From Vulcanisaeta distributa DSM 14429 (GTDB lineage Archaea; Thermoproteota; Thermoprotei; Thermoproteales; Thermocladiaceae): 32,000 bases of DNA. Position 1 is the stretch's first letter. Every line of letters starts with the position of its first letter. Where the stretch lies: contig NC_014537.1 of NCBI RefSeq assembly GCF_000148385.1, forward strand, positions 2,010,001 through 2,042,000, given 5' to 3'. This document shows positions 16,175-24,130 of the stretch, piece by piece. The notes under the pieces were generated by a model that did not search any database, was not told the origin of the DNA, and worked only from the letters and a program-made list of their open reading frames with translations. The position numbers and the translations under genes were made by a program.

Positions 16175-19100
16175 TCACCCCTGCCCGTTCTTTCTACCCT
16201 TCGGGTCCGTACCCGAGTTTGAGTTTGAACTGGATGGCGGCGTTGTGGCGCTTGAGAATGAGTAGCCCATGGAGTGCCTAATTGCCTCCTGGAACTGAAG
16301 CCACGTACTATTCACCTCATACCAGGTAATGCCCATCTCCTGCGGCGTCTTGTAGGCGTTGTAGTTGAACACCTTTATGTTCCAAGCCTCACTACCGACT
16401 ATTAACTTAGGCGGCGTCTTAACTATTGGATCGGCATTGCCCCAGGCTGAGTATGGCTTATCATTGGCAATCCTAACAATCTTAACCCTCAGATCACCCC
16501 AGGCAGTCTTACCACTAAATATGTCAAACTGAAGTGTTGGGTACTGCCCACTCTGCACAGCCTTTATTAAGCCATCCACGGTGTATTGGTCATTGGGTAC
16601 TCCACCCTGGCTATTCGCCCTAGTGTACACATATATGTCGTTAAACATGAAGCCCTTGGTCACCTCCAGGGCATTGGGCGGTAACGCCATCATTCCTGCC
16701 CTGGCATTCCTCGACTTCCAATAACCAACAACGCCCGGCGCTATGGCCTCAGTCAACTTAACCTGGCCTCTGGCGATCTCGCCACCCCTGCTTGTTAACT
16801 CAACCCAGTCACCATCCTTAATACCGTACTGGGCTGCGGTCTTCGGATTCATCCAAATCACTGAGTACGGTATTATCTGCCTCAACCATGGGTGGTGGTT
16901 CTCCCAGGTGTGGTAGAACCACGGCGTAGTCTTCCTATTGATAGTGGCCAGTGGGTACTCACTTGGTGGTGAGCCGTCAGGTGCTATCCAGTCCAGCGGC
17001 TCATACCATACGGCTATTGGGTGGTAGAACTGCTTAATAATCTGCGCCACGTGGCTACCCCACCAATCACTTGGTGGCGATGCATTCTTCTGGGCCAGCT
17101 GTAGGTACGACTGGTCGCCAGTCTTCTGATACATGTAGTAGAAGTATGCGTTCATGCCCTTCCACAGTCCGTAGGCTGCCAGTATGAACTTCATAATGAT
17201 CTCCGAATATATCGGTATAATCACTGGCTTAGCATACGGCATTAGGCTGACACTTGCGGCCCACTCCAGGTAGCCCTTATTCACGTGCCTATAGTACCTA
17301 ATCTCAAGCGGCAGTTCATAGTAGGCGAAGGCGTGACCCACGGTCTGAGTACCCGGTGAGACACCTGGTGGGTAAACTCCATTAGTGACCGGGATCTTCT
17401 GAAGCGGTGGATATGTATTGCTACTTGAGTATGCCGCCGCATTTATGAAGCCTGGGTATACGTACATCTTAATCTGGTCTGGGTTAGGCTCGCCCTTGCA
17501 GCATGACGTGCCGTCCTTACCCCTGGCCATATAAAGCACACCAACACCTGGCACGTACTGCCACTTCCACAGCCAGTCATACATTAGGTTGGGGTACATG
17601 GGCTCCCCGGTCTCGGTAACGAAGCCAGGCAACTGCAGCTTCTCGCCAAGCAGTATCTCGCCGTCGCTCCATGGCCTAACCTCCTTAAATAATGGCGGTA
17701 ATATGGGCCACTCAATGTTGTCAGCGGGCCCATGCACTGATGATGTCGGCCTATCCAGTAGACTGTGCTCACCATACCTCTCGAAGAACGTGGTATCGGG
17801 TATCACCAAGTCGACACAGGGTACTGAACCGCCGTAGAATGTATCAACCTGCGCCACGAACGGTATCCTATACCTACCGTCGGTGTCCTTCATCCTGAGT
17901 AGACCTAGGTCCTTATCAATGTCGTAGGCGTTATCCCAGTATGGGTTCGTTATGTGCCATAGCAGGAACTCAATCCTATAAGGCCACTCAAGGCCAGCAT
18001 CAATGTTAACGGCCGTGTAGTTCCTATGCACTGATAGCGGGAACTCCCAACTGAAGCCCCTATCTATCAGTAGTGGGTGCCCATTCTCGTCAATAACCAT
18101 CTGGTCGGGCGTGTAGACTATAGGCTTAGTCGTTATTTGCAAAGCCTTTGGATAAGGTACCTTCTCAACACTCAGTATCTGCACCGTGCCATCGTTGAGT
18201 ACTCTCTCCTGAACCATTGCACCGCCGACAACACCTATAAGCTTCTCGCCATTAGGTCCAGTGTATAGGCTTGGGTTAGAGTTGTAATCATCCTGAGTAA
18301 TGTTCATTCTTGGATGAGCCGGTGTCACATATGCTGGCCAGTAGTCACCATCGGGTACTGGCCATGGAGCCGGTGGCTTATAGGCGAAGCCTCCAGGGGT
18401 GTCCACGGCACCGACCAGGGTTAGCAGTAGTGCGAAGGCCCTAGCTGTTACGAAACCGTTGCTGTGGGCTGATATGCCCCTCATTATGTAGACTGAGAAT
18501 GGCGTACCTATGAAGTAGTCATGCTGCCTACCCAGGTAGTCAGTCCACTTAGCCGGTATAACAACCCTGCCATTATTAAGTAGGTTAACTATCTTCTGGG
18601 CGAGCTCCCTAATCTTATATGCCGGTGGCGTGCCCCAGGTCGCCTCAACATTCTCCGGGCTCCACTTATCCTGGAGCGCGATCTCCTTCAGTATGCTGAA
18701 TACTGTCCTAACATTGAGCGTTATCGTCTGGTCACTGTCCGGGGCCACTGGTATTGTTATTGAGCCTTGCCACTCAAGGACGGGCTCAACACCGTTCTGC
18801 CAGGGTATGTCAGTGAATGGGTATAAATTACCGTCGCTGCCCATGACTATTGGCACCCAATCACCATTCTTATTCTTCATCCTGGCGAAGAGGCCAACGT
18901 TGGAGGCCTGCGGCGGTATTATTGAGCCGTCTGGGTTTGTTATTACGAGCCAGGGTGCATTGGTGTACCACTTCAGGTAATCCTCGTCGATTGAGTGTAT
19001 TCCCTGCTCCCTCATCTTAAATAACTCATGAATTACTGACCAAACCACCATACCGTCAGTGCCAGGTATCACTGGTATCCACTCATTGGAAACCTGCGCG

Positions 19101-19966
19101 AAGTTACCGATTCTCTCAGGTGACATGTATATTATCTCACCGCCGTTGGTTATCACCTTCATCACCTCACGCCTCGTTATTGTCGGGAAGTGGTCCTGCG
19201 TCATACCGGCGATTATTAAAAGCTTCGTATAGTCACTGTCCCAGCCACCGTACTCCCACCAGGTACCGCCCATGGCGTAGGAACCACCTGACGCCACAGC
19301 CACTGCGCAGAAGCCTCCGTGTGCTGCCTGGTTTGGCGTGCCAAACATTGCGGCGAACCAAGTGTTCTCGGTTGGGTTATACTGGTCCCTGCCCGTGAAG
19401 TATACGAACTTGTATGGGCAGCACTCCCTAATTTGTTTAAGGCCTAGGAACCCGTACTTCCAACCCCTCTCCTGCAGGTATGATGCGTTGTCGCCATTAA
19501 CGAGTATGTCGAGCATGTCATCATAGGTTATCTCCACAAAGTCTCCCTCACACCTCTCGCTGGTTGGTACCCTAAGTAATGGTGACCTAAGCCTTGCTGG
19601 GCTTAGGTAGTGAAGCATTGTGGTTGCGCCTATGTCGCATGTGGCTCCCTGGTTCCTGGTAAATATTGAGCCCGCAATGTACCTGGGTAATTTAGTCGTG
19701 CCACTGATTATCACCTCAACGTTGCACCTACCCAGGCATCCATAGCATGTCGTGAATGCAACTACGTCACTCGCAATCTCCTCCTGGGCCAGCCTGCTTT
19801 CTTTGAATATTTGCCCAAAGACAAATGCCTCCCTACCCACGGTACCTAGGAACGCCGCTGCTGCAGCCGTTACACCGGCGATCTTTAGAAAGTCCCTCCT
19901 CGTTATTAACCAATCCCTCTTAACCTCCCTTTCCTGGGTAAGCTTTGTGGCTGTCTCCATGCCCAT
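16175..19966 (-). CDS. Molybdopterin (Mo/W-bisPGD) oxidoreductase catalytic subunit, Tat-exported, unusually large (Psr/Phs/Ttr/Sre-like)
   Basis: The track ORF of 1270 aa starts at 19987, but the likely start is ATG 19966 (MGMETATK), which overlaps the TGA of the anchor gene by 1 nt. It has a twin-arginine signal LITRRDFLKIAGVTAAAAA and an N-terminal FS0 motif CYGCLGRC...C. HGGFCAVAV provides a candidate Mo-ligand Cys, and the C-terminal tail is S/T/N-rich. Confidence 0.85.
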   Translation of the reverse strand: MGMETATKLTQEREVKRDWLITRRDFLKIAGVTAAAAAFLGTVGREAFVFGQIFKESRLAQEEIASDVVAFTTCYGCLGRCNVEVIISGTTKLPRYIAGSIFTRNQGATCDIGATTMLHYLSPARLRSPLLRVPTSERCEGDFVEITYDDMLDILVNGDNASYLQERGWKYGFLGLKQIRECCPYKFVYFTGRDQYNPTENTWFAAMFGTPNQAAHGGFCAVAVASGGSYAMGGTWWEYGGWDSDYTKLLIIAGMTQDHFPTITRREVMKVITNGGEIIYMSPERIGNFAQVSNEWIPVIPGTDGMVVWSVIHELFKMREQGIHSIDEDYLKWYTNAPWLVITNPDGSIIPPQASNVGLFARMKNKNGDWVPIVMGSDGNLYPFTDIPWQNGVEPVLEWQGSITIPVAPDSDQTITLNVRTVFSILKEIALQDKWSPENVEATWGTPPAYKIRELAQKIVNLLNNGRVVIPAKWTDYLGRQHDYFIGTPFSVYIMRGISAHSNGFVTARAFALLLTLVGAVDTPGGFAYKPPAPWPVPDGDYWPAYVTPAHPRMNITQDDYNSNPSLYTGPNGEKLIGVVGGAMVQERVLNDGTVQILSVEKVPYPKALQITTKPIVYTPDQMVIDENGHPLLIDRGFSWEFPLSVHRNYTAVNIDAGLEWPYRIEFLLWHITNPYWDNAYDIDKDLGLLRMKDTDGRYRIPFVAQVDTFYGGSVPCVDLVIPDTTFFERYGEHSLLDRPTSSVHGPADNIEWPILPPLFKEVRPWSDGEILLGEKLQLPGFVTETGEPMYPNLMYDWLWKWQYVPGVGVLYMARGKDGTSCCKGEPNPDQIKMYVYPGFINAAAYSSSNTYPPLQKIPVTNGVYPPGVSPGTQTVGHAFAYYELPLEIRYYRHVNKGYLEWAASVSLMPYAKPVIIPIYSEIIMKFILAAYGLWKGMNAYFYYMYQKTGDQSYLQLAQKNASPPSDWWGSHVAQIIKQFYHPIAVWYEPLDWIAPDGSPPSEYPLATINRKTTPWFYHTWENHHPWLRQIIPYSVIWMNPKTAAQYGIKDGDWVELTSRGGEIARGQVKLTEAIAPGVVGYWKSRNARAGMMALPPNALEVTKGFMFNDIYVYTRANSQGGVPNDQYTVDGLIKAVQSGQYPTLQFDIFSGKTAWGDLRVKIVRIANDKPYSAWGNADPIVKTPPKLIVGSEAWNIKVFNYNAYKTPQEMGITWYEVNSTWLQFQEAIRHSMGYSFSSATTPPSSSNSNSGTDPKGRKNGQG

Positions 19967-21015
19967 CACCCCCACCACGGACCCCACTGTGGTTGTGTGT
20001 TGTAGAATGGTGGTATTGGTGAGTGGAAGTACGCCGTGGCAATCACCGTGTACCTAAGCGAGTACCCACCAACCATAACGGCTATGAATATTATCACTAT
20101 CATTATAGCCGCGGTAGTGCTCAATGGGTTAATCCTCAATAGCGCTATTTCGAGTAGTAATGGTATGGCTATGCCTATTGATATAACCACGCCCCAGAAT
20201 AATGGTGCGTACATACCGAATAAAAGCTCGTAAAGGTTCAACCCAGCTAAGTAGTGGTTTGCCATGGCCACAGCTATGAACAACGCCCAGCCAAACCCCT
20301 CAAAAATCTCCGCAAGTAGGTCCAGCCAACTTAACTCATGCAGCACATGAGCTAACTCGCTTGTGCCTCCATCAGCCTTCACGGGCACTGTCGTTGTTAC
20401 AGGCTTCTCGAAAAACCTGGCAACTAATAGCGAGAATGCGGAGCCATATGCGAGACCTGATGATAGCCATAGCAGTGGTAGCACGCCATTCCACCAATAG
20501 GACTTGCCACCAGCTGCTGCGAATAGGAATGCTGTGTATACCGTAGCTGCTATGCCTGTTAGCATTATTAAGTAGTCAAGGACTAATTGTGCAGGTCTAA
20601 CGTACTTACCGAGGACGGCCCTCGCCAGTGATGGTATGTAGGTTATTGCCAGGTATATTATTCCCCAAATAACCATACCGCTTAGGAATAGGACACCCCA
20701 GTCCATCCATGATTGGGCGAGCCTACCATGTGGGTAGCCAATGAATATTATGTTGCCAGCCCTCTCAGGCCTACCTAAATCAATTATGAAGAAGGCTAGG
20801 GCAGCTAGTATGAAGATCCAGCCAGCGGTCATGTTTATCTTAACCATCCTACTGACCTTACCCCTAACATTATAAACCGCGGCCAGTAGCATCATCATGC
20901 TTCCAAGCGCCGTTAGGAAGACCGCAGCAGCGATTCTCCAGCCCCATATCATGTGATAGCCTGGCGGCATGTATGGGCCCCAGCCTGTCCAGCTAACTGG
21001 CCAGGGTAATGACAT
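19966..21015 (-). CDS. NrfD/PsrC-like polytopic membrane anchor (quinol-interacting subunit)
   Basis: 349 aa with about 8-9 TM helices and an NrfD-like N-terminus (HMIWGWRIAAAVFLTALG). It is the first gene of the operon. Confidence 0.75.
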   Translation of the reverse strand: MSLPWPVSWTGWGPYMPPGYHMIWGWRIAAAVFLTALGSMMMLLAAVYNVRGKVSRMVKINMTAGWIFILAALAFFIIDLGRPERAGNIIFIGYPHGRLAQSWMDWGVLFLSGMVIWGIIYLAITYIPSLARAVLGKYVRPAQLVLDYLIMLTGIAATVYTAFLFAAAGGKSYWWNGVLPLLWLSSGLAYGSAFSLLVARFFEKPVTTTVPVKADGGTSELAHVLHELSWLDLLAEIFEGFGWALFIAVAMANHYLAGLNLYELLFGMYAPLFWGVVISIGIAIPLLLEIALLRINPLSTTAAIMIVIIFIAVMVGGYSLRYTVIATAYFHSPIPPFYNTQPQWGPWWG

Positions 21016-21040
21016 CGGTTATTACCTAGTTACGTGTTGG

Positions 21041-21046
21041 ATATAA
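21041..21046 (-). promoter_or_regulatory. Putative TATA element for the molybdoenzyme operon (TTATAT on the coding strand)
   Basis: The element is centred about 28 nt upstream of the ATG at 21015, consistent with a leaderless transcript. A second GATATAA copy sits 24 nt further upstream (21064-21070). Confidence 0.35.
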
Positions 21047-21099
21047 GCGGTGCTTTCTCACTTGATATAAACAGCCGTAGTTATACCTGTGCCTAGGAA

Positions 21100-21891
21100 T
21101 TACCTACTTTCATATGAGTGAAAGGTTTTAAGTAGATTGCCCTTGTTCATTATGGACGTGAGTATTGGGCAGTTTAAACGTAGTGCATAACCATTAATCC
21201 TGCATTTAATGGCCACTGGCTTTACGAAAGGCTTTCCAGAACTCTCCTCTATTAGTAATGCAGCTTTACACCCATCATTTAGGGTAACCACTGGTAATAA
21301 TTCAAGTAATGCCTTGGCGATTACCCTCTCGGCCTTCCTAACGAGCTCTAGAGGTACATTCAGGGTCTCCGCAATTACTTGGTCTAGGGGCTTCATGCCT
21401 ATCCTTAGATTGTCAGGGAGCAGAACTAGGACAGTCCTACTTAAGCTACTGGCGCAGAAATCCTCAATCTTCCTACCCAGCCTAACCAATCCCTTAATTA
21501 ATAATGAAATGTATTCCTTAACCTCATCATCACTAAAATCCTCCAGTCCCCAGTCTTCTTTCAATTTCATAATCACGTACCTAAAAGCCGCATCATTAGC
21601 CCTAACAGCACCCGTTAAATAAGCAACAGATAGTAGGAAGGCGCCTCTAGCAGTAACCACGTACTGTCCCTTATTAACCTTCTCAACAAAACCCATCGAT
21701 AGAAGTTCTAACATCTTTCTATAAATTGTCGCTATGCTTAACCCAGTTACCTTGGATAGGTACGTTAATGACAATGTATTGATACCTCTTTGCATTAAGG
21801 CTAATTGAAACATCGAGACGATGAGAGTTTCAAGAATAAGTATATGAATTGAATCTAGCGAATCTTCCCTAACTAATAAATGAGGCATCAT
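21100..21891 (-). CDS. Winged-helix transcriptional regulator, paralog 1, with a Cys-containing C-terminal domain of unknown family
   Basis: 263 aa with the wHTH LSKVTGLSIATIYRKMLELLSMGFVEKVNKGQYVVTARG. It aligns with the neighbouring gene over its full length, including AERVIAKALLELLP, NDGCKA, AIKCRINGY and LNCPI. Confidence 0.6.
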   Translation of the reverse strand: MMPHLLVREDSLDSIHILILETLIVSMFQLALMQRGINTLSLTYLSKVTGLSIATIYRKMLELLSMGFVEKVNKGQYVVTARGAFLLSVAYLTGAVRANDAAFRYVIMKLKEDWGLEDFSDDEVKEYISLLIKGLVRLGRKIEDFCASSLSRTVLVLLPDNLRIGMKPLDQVIAETLNVPLELVRKAERVIAKALLELLPVVTLNDGCKAALLIEESSGKPFVKPVAIKCRINGYALRLNCPILTSIMNKGNLLKTFHSYESR

Positions 21892-21950
21892 TATTAATAA
21901 TTTTAAATCATGATTTAGTATTAAAGCGTTTTGGGAGTATGCTAAGATTC

Positions 21951-22700
21951 TTACTCGTTAAATGCCTTATGAATTAATGATAAGGCTACAGGGCAGTCAC
22001 TATTAAGCGAATAGCCCCTAATCCTACATTTAATGGCGAGTATTACCGGCGAGACCCTAATCGACTGGTCCCCAGCCAATACAACCACTGCCCTGCAACC
22101 ATCCCTTAAACGGATGCTTGGTAGGTAATCAAGTAGTGCCTTGGCGATTACCCTCTCGGCTTGCTTCACCTCATCAATACTCACACCCAGGTACTCGGCT
22201 ATTGAGTGGGTTAGAGAGATCCTACCGTTATTAATGCCGTCGGGTAATACGTAATAAACAGAATTACTAAGTGAATTAACATTGGCGTTTAATGGCGAGA
22301 GACCCGCCTTATTAAATCCTTTATATAGTAATTTTAAGTAACTAATTACCTCATTACGATCAAATTCCTCAAGGTCCCAATCCTCCCTCAACTTATCAAT
22401 GGCCAACTCAAAGACATCCTTATTTATGGAACCCCCATTACTTAGGTACATCATTGCAAGTAGTAACACGCCCTTAGTGGTTATTACGTAATGACCCTTA
22501 CTAACCCGCTCTATCAAGCCAAGATTCATCAGGTCGAGGGCCTTCCTATATGCTGTGGCTATGCTCATACCCGTACTCATCGAAATATAGTAAAGAGAAT
22601 CCAAATTCCTACTACAACGCCTTACCTTACCCTTAATGAGATGAAGAAGGAGTGCCTGAAGTATTAGTATGTGGTAATTATCTAGGTAGTAAATACTCAT
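21951..22700 (-). CDS. Winged-helix transcriptional regulator, paralog 2
   Basis: 249 aa with the wHTH ISMSTGMSIATAYRKALDLMNLGLIERVSKGHYVITTKG. The shared C-terminal motifs are AERVIAKALLDYLP, RDGCRA, AIKCRIRGY and SDCPV. Confidence 0.6.
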   Translation of the reverse strand: MSIYYLDNYHILILQALLLHLIKGKVRRCSRNLDSLYYISMSTGMSIATAYRKALDLMNLGLIERVSKGHYVITTKGVLLLAMMYLSNGGSINKDVFELAIDKLREDWDLEEFDRNEVISYLKLLYKGFNKAGLSPLNANVNSLSNSVYYVLPDGINNGRISLTHSIAEYLGVSIDEVKQAERVIAKALLDYLPSIRLRDGCRAVVVLAGDQSIRVSPVILAIKCRIRGYSLNSDCPVALSLIHKAFNE

Positions 22701-22998
22701 ATTAAATCACCTAGAAAATAACATAAATGTACTATTTTTAACCTTTATTGTCAAAAAAATGACACTACAAACGTAGAAAACATGCAAAAGTGAATGCTGG
22801 AATCTAGAGCAGAAAGTGTAACTTTTCGATAAGTTAATAATTTATGATTTATGGAAAAACATGCATTAATATAGTAATAAATTTGTTTAAATACTCATGG
22901 TTTTTCATGATATCTTATACAATGTATATTTTCATTTTTCTCAGTATCTAGAAACTAATCCTTAATAGAACAATATCTTTGCGGTATTCTCGATAAAT

Positions 22999-23547
22999 AT
23001 GACAGAAATAGTCAAATATATGGAAAAGACTGTGGAGGTATCTAGTGTTGAGAGGTTCTTGCCTATACTGAGGGTTACGTTGGGTTGGATGTACTTCTCT
23101 GCGTTCCTGAGGAGAACTGTTAATGTGCCTGCAAAGCTTAACCCATCATCCACTGCGTATGTTGGTGGTAAGTTGATAACGTTCTTGCCACATGCGTGGC
23201 AACCTGTTGTTGGGCAGCTTGAGTGGGTATTGCTACATCCGCACCTGCTTTACATATTCCTACTCTTCTTCACGGCTGTCGAGGGGATATTTGGCTTATT
23301 AATGATTCTTGGCTTCATGACGAGGCTCTCCGGGCTCGTAATAACCATACTAGCCTGGAGCATTGGGGCTGCTGGTGGTTGGTTGGGGCCTACGTGTGTT
23401 GATGAGTGGCAGATTGCGGCTGTTGAAGGCGCCGCCGCATTTATGTTCGTGTTTACAGGTAGTAGGTGGTTATCGATTGATCAGTACCTGGCTAAGAAGT
23501 ATCCAAGGGGCTTAAGGATATGGAGTGTGTACGTACCACTATGGTGA
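22999..23547 (+). CDS. doxD: DoxD-like membrane protein (DoxX/DoxD family, thiosulfate:quinone oxidoreductase subunit-like)
   Basis: 182 aa with 4 TM helices. The N-terminal [26 protein letters not shown] segment resembles the DoxD family as I remember it. The next gene has DoxA-like size and topology. Confidence 0.55.
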   Translation: MTEIVKYMEKTVEVSSVERFLPILRVTLGWMYFSAFLRRTVNVPAKLNPSSTAYVGGKLITFLPHAWQPVVGQLEWVLLHPHLLYIFLLFFTAVEGIFGLLMILGFMTRLSGLVITILAWSIGAAGGWLGPTCVDEWQIAAVEGAAAFMFVFTGSRWLSIDQYLAKKYPRGLRIWSVYVPLW

Positions 23548-23557
23548 GGTGGTGAGT

Positions 23558-24064
23558 ATGGATAGGACAACCGCGCTTGCACTGTTGGGCTTCATAATCG
23601 CCACCGGGGTAACGATGGGTCTATACCAAATAAACTTTCAGGGATTCACCCACCTAACCAACTACTCAAAGACACCCGCTTACTCACTGGCTGGTACTCA
23701 ATTACTTGAGAATGGTACATTACTACTACACATCACTAGGGTGGCGGGTCCGGACACATACGGTGGATTCATAGTACTCGTACAGGTACTTTACCCAAAT
23801 GGTACCATAGCTTATGAATGGAACTCAACATACCTAGGCCACATACCCCAATACGACATCATAAATAAGTATAACCTACCAGGGCATTTAGTGCACTCCG
23901 ACGGCTTCGCCCTCGTGGTACCACTGGGCCAGTCTGCCATTGTTAAGTTATATGCACAAACAACATTCAGCCCAGGGACCTACATTGTCAGAGTTTACGA
24001 TGTTGATGGGCAATACGAGGCGTACGGAATTAAGTTCCAGGTATACGTAACAGTCAGCGGGTAA
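23558..24064 (+). CDS. doxA: DoxA-like protein (N-terminal TM anchor plus extracellular beta-rich domain)
   Basis: The track ORF starts at 23525. The ATG at 23558 is preferred because GGTGAGGTGGTGA lies just upstream as a ribosome-binding site and this start avoids overlap with doxD. The protein has one TM helix (ALALLGFIIATGVTMGLY) and several N-x-S/T sequons (NYS, NGT, NGT, NST). Confidence 0.5.
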   Translation: MDRTTALALLGFIIATGVTMGLYQINFQGFTHLTNYSKTPAYSLAGTQLLENGTLLLHITRVAGPDTYGGFIVLVQVLYPNGTIAYEWNSTYLGHIPQYDIINKYNLPGHLVHSDGFALVVPLGQSAIVKLYAQTTFSPGTYIVRVYDVDGQYEAYGIKFQVYVTVSG

Positions 24065-24130
24065 AGCGATGAGTCCTACCAATCTCTCATTAAAAACCAT
24101 TCCTTCTTCTCACCTTCTTTTAACTCACAC

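Noticed and set aside
19967-19987. The track start at 19987 for the catalytic subunit, which would give a 22-nt overlap with the anchor gene.
   Set aside because: The ATG at 19966 (MGMETATK...) gives the common stop/start TGATG coupling and leaves a normal-length n-region before the RR motif. The longer form is not excluded but is less parsimonious.
22701-22998. The long AT-rich non-coding region might be a replication origin.
   Set aside because: I could find no ORB or mini-ORB-like (TCCAxTGGAAA-type) repeats, and there is no adjacent cdc6/orc1 gene. Its position between divergent genes fits a promoter/operator region better.
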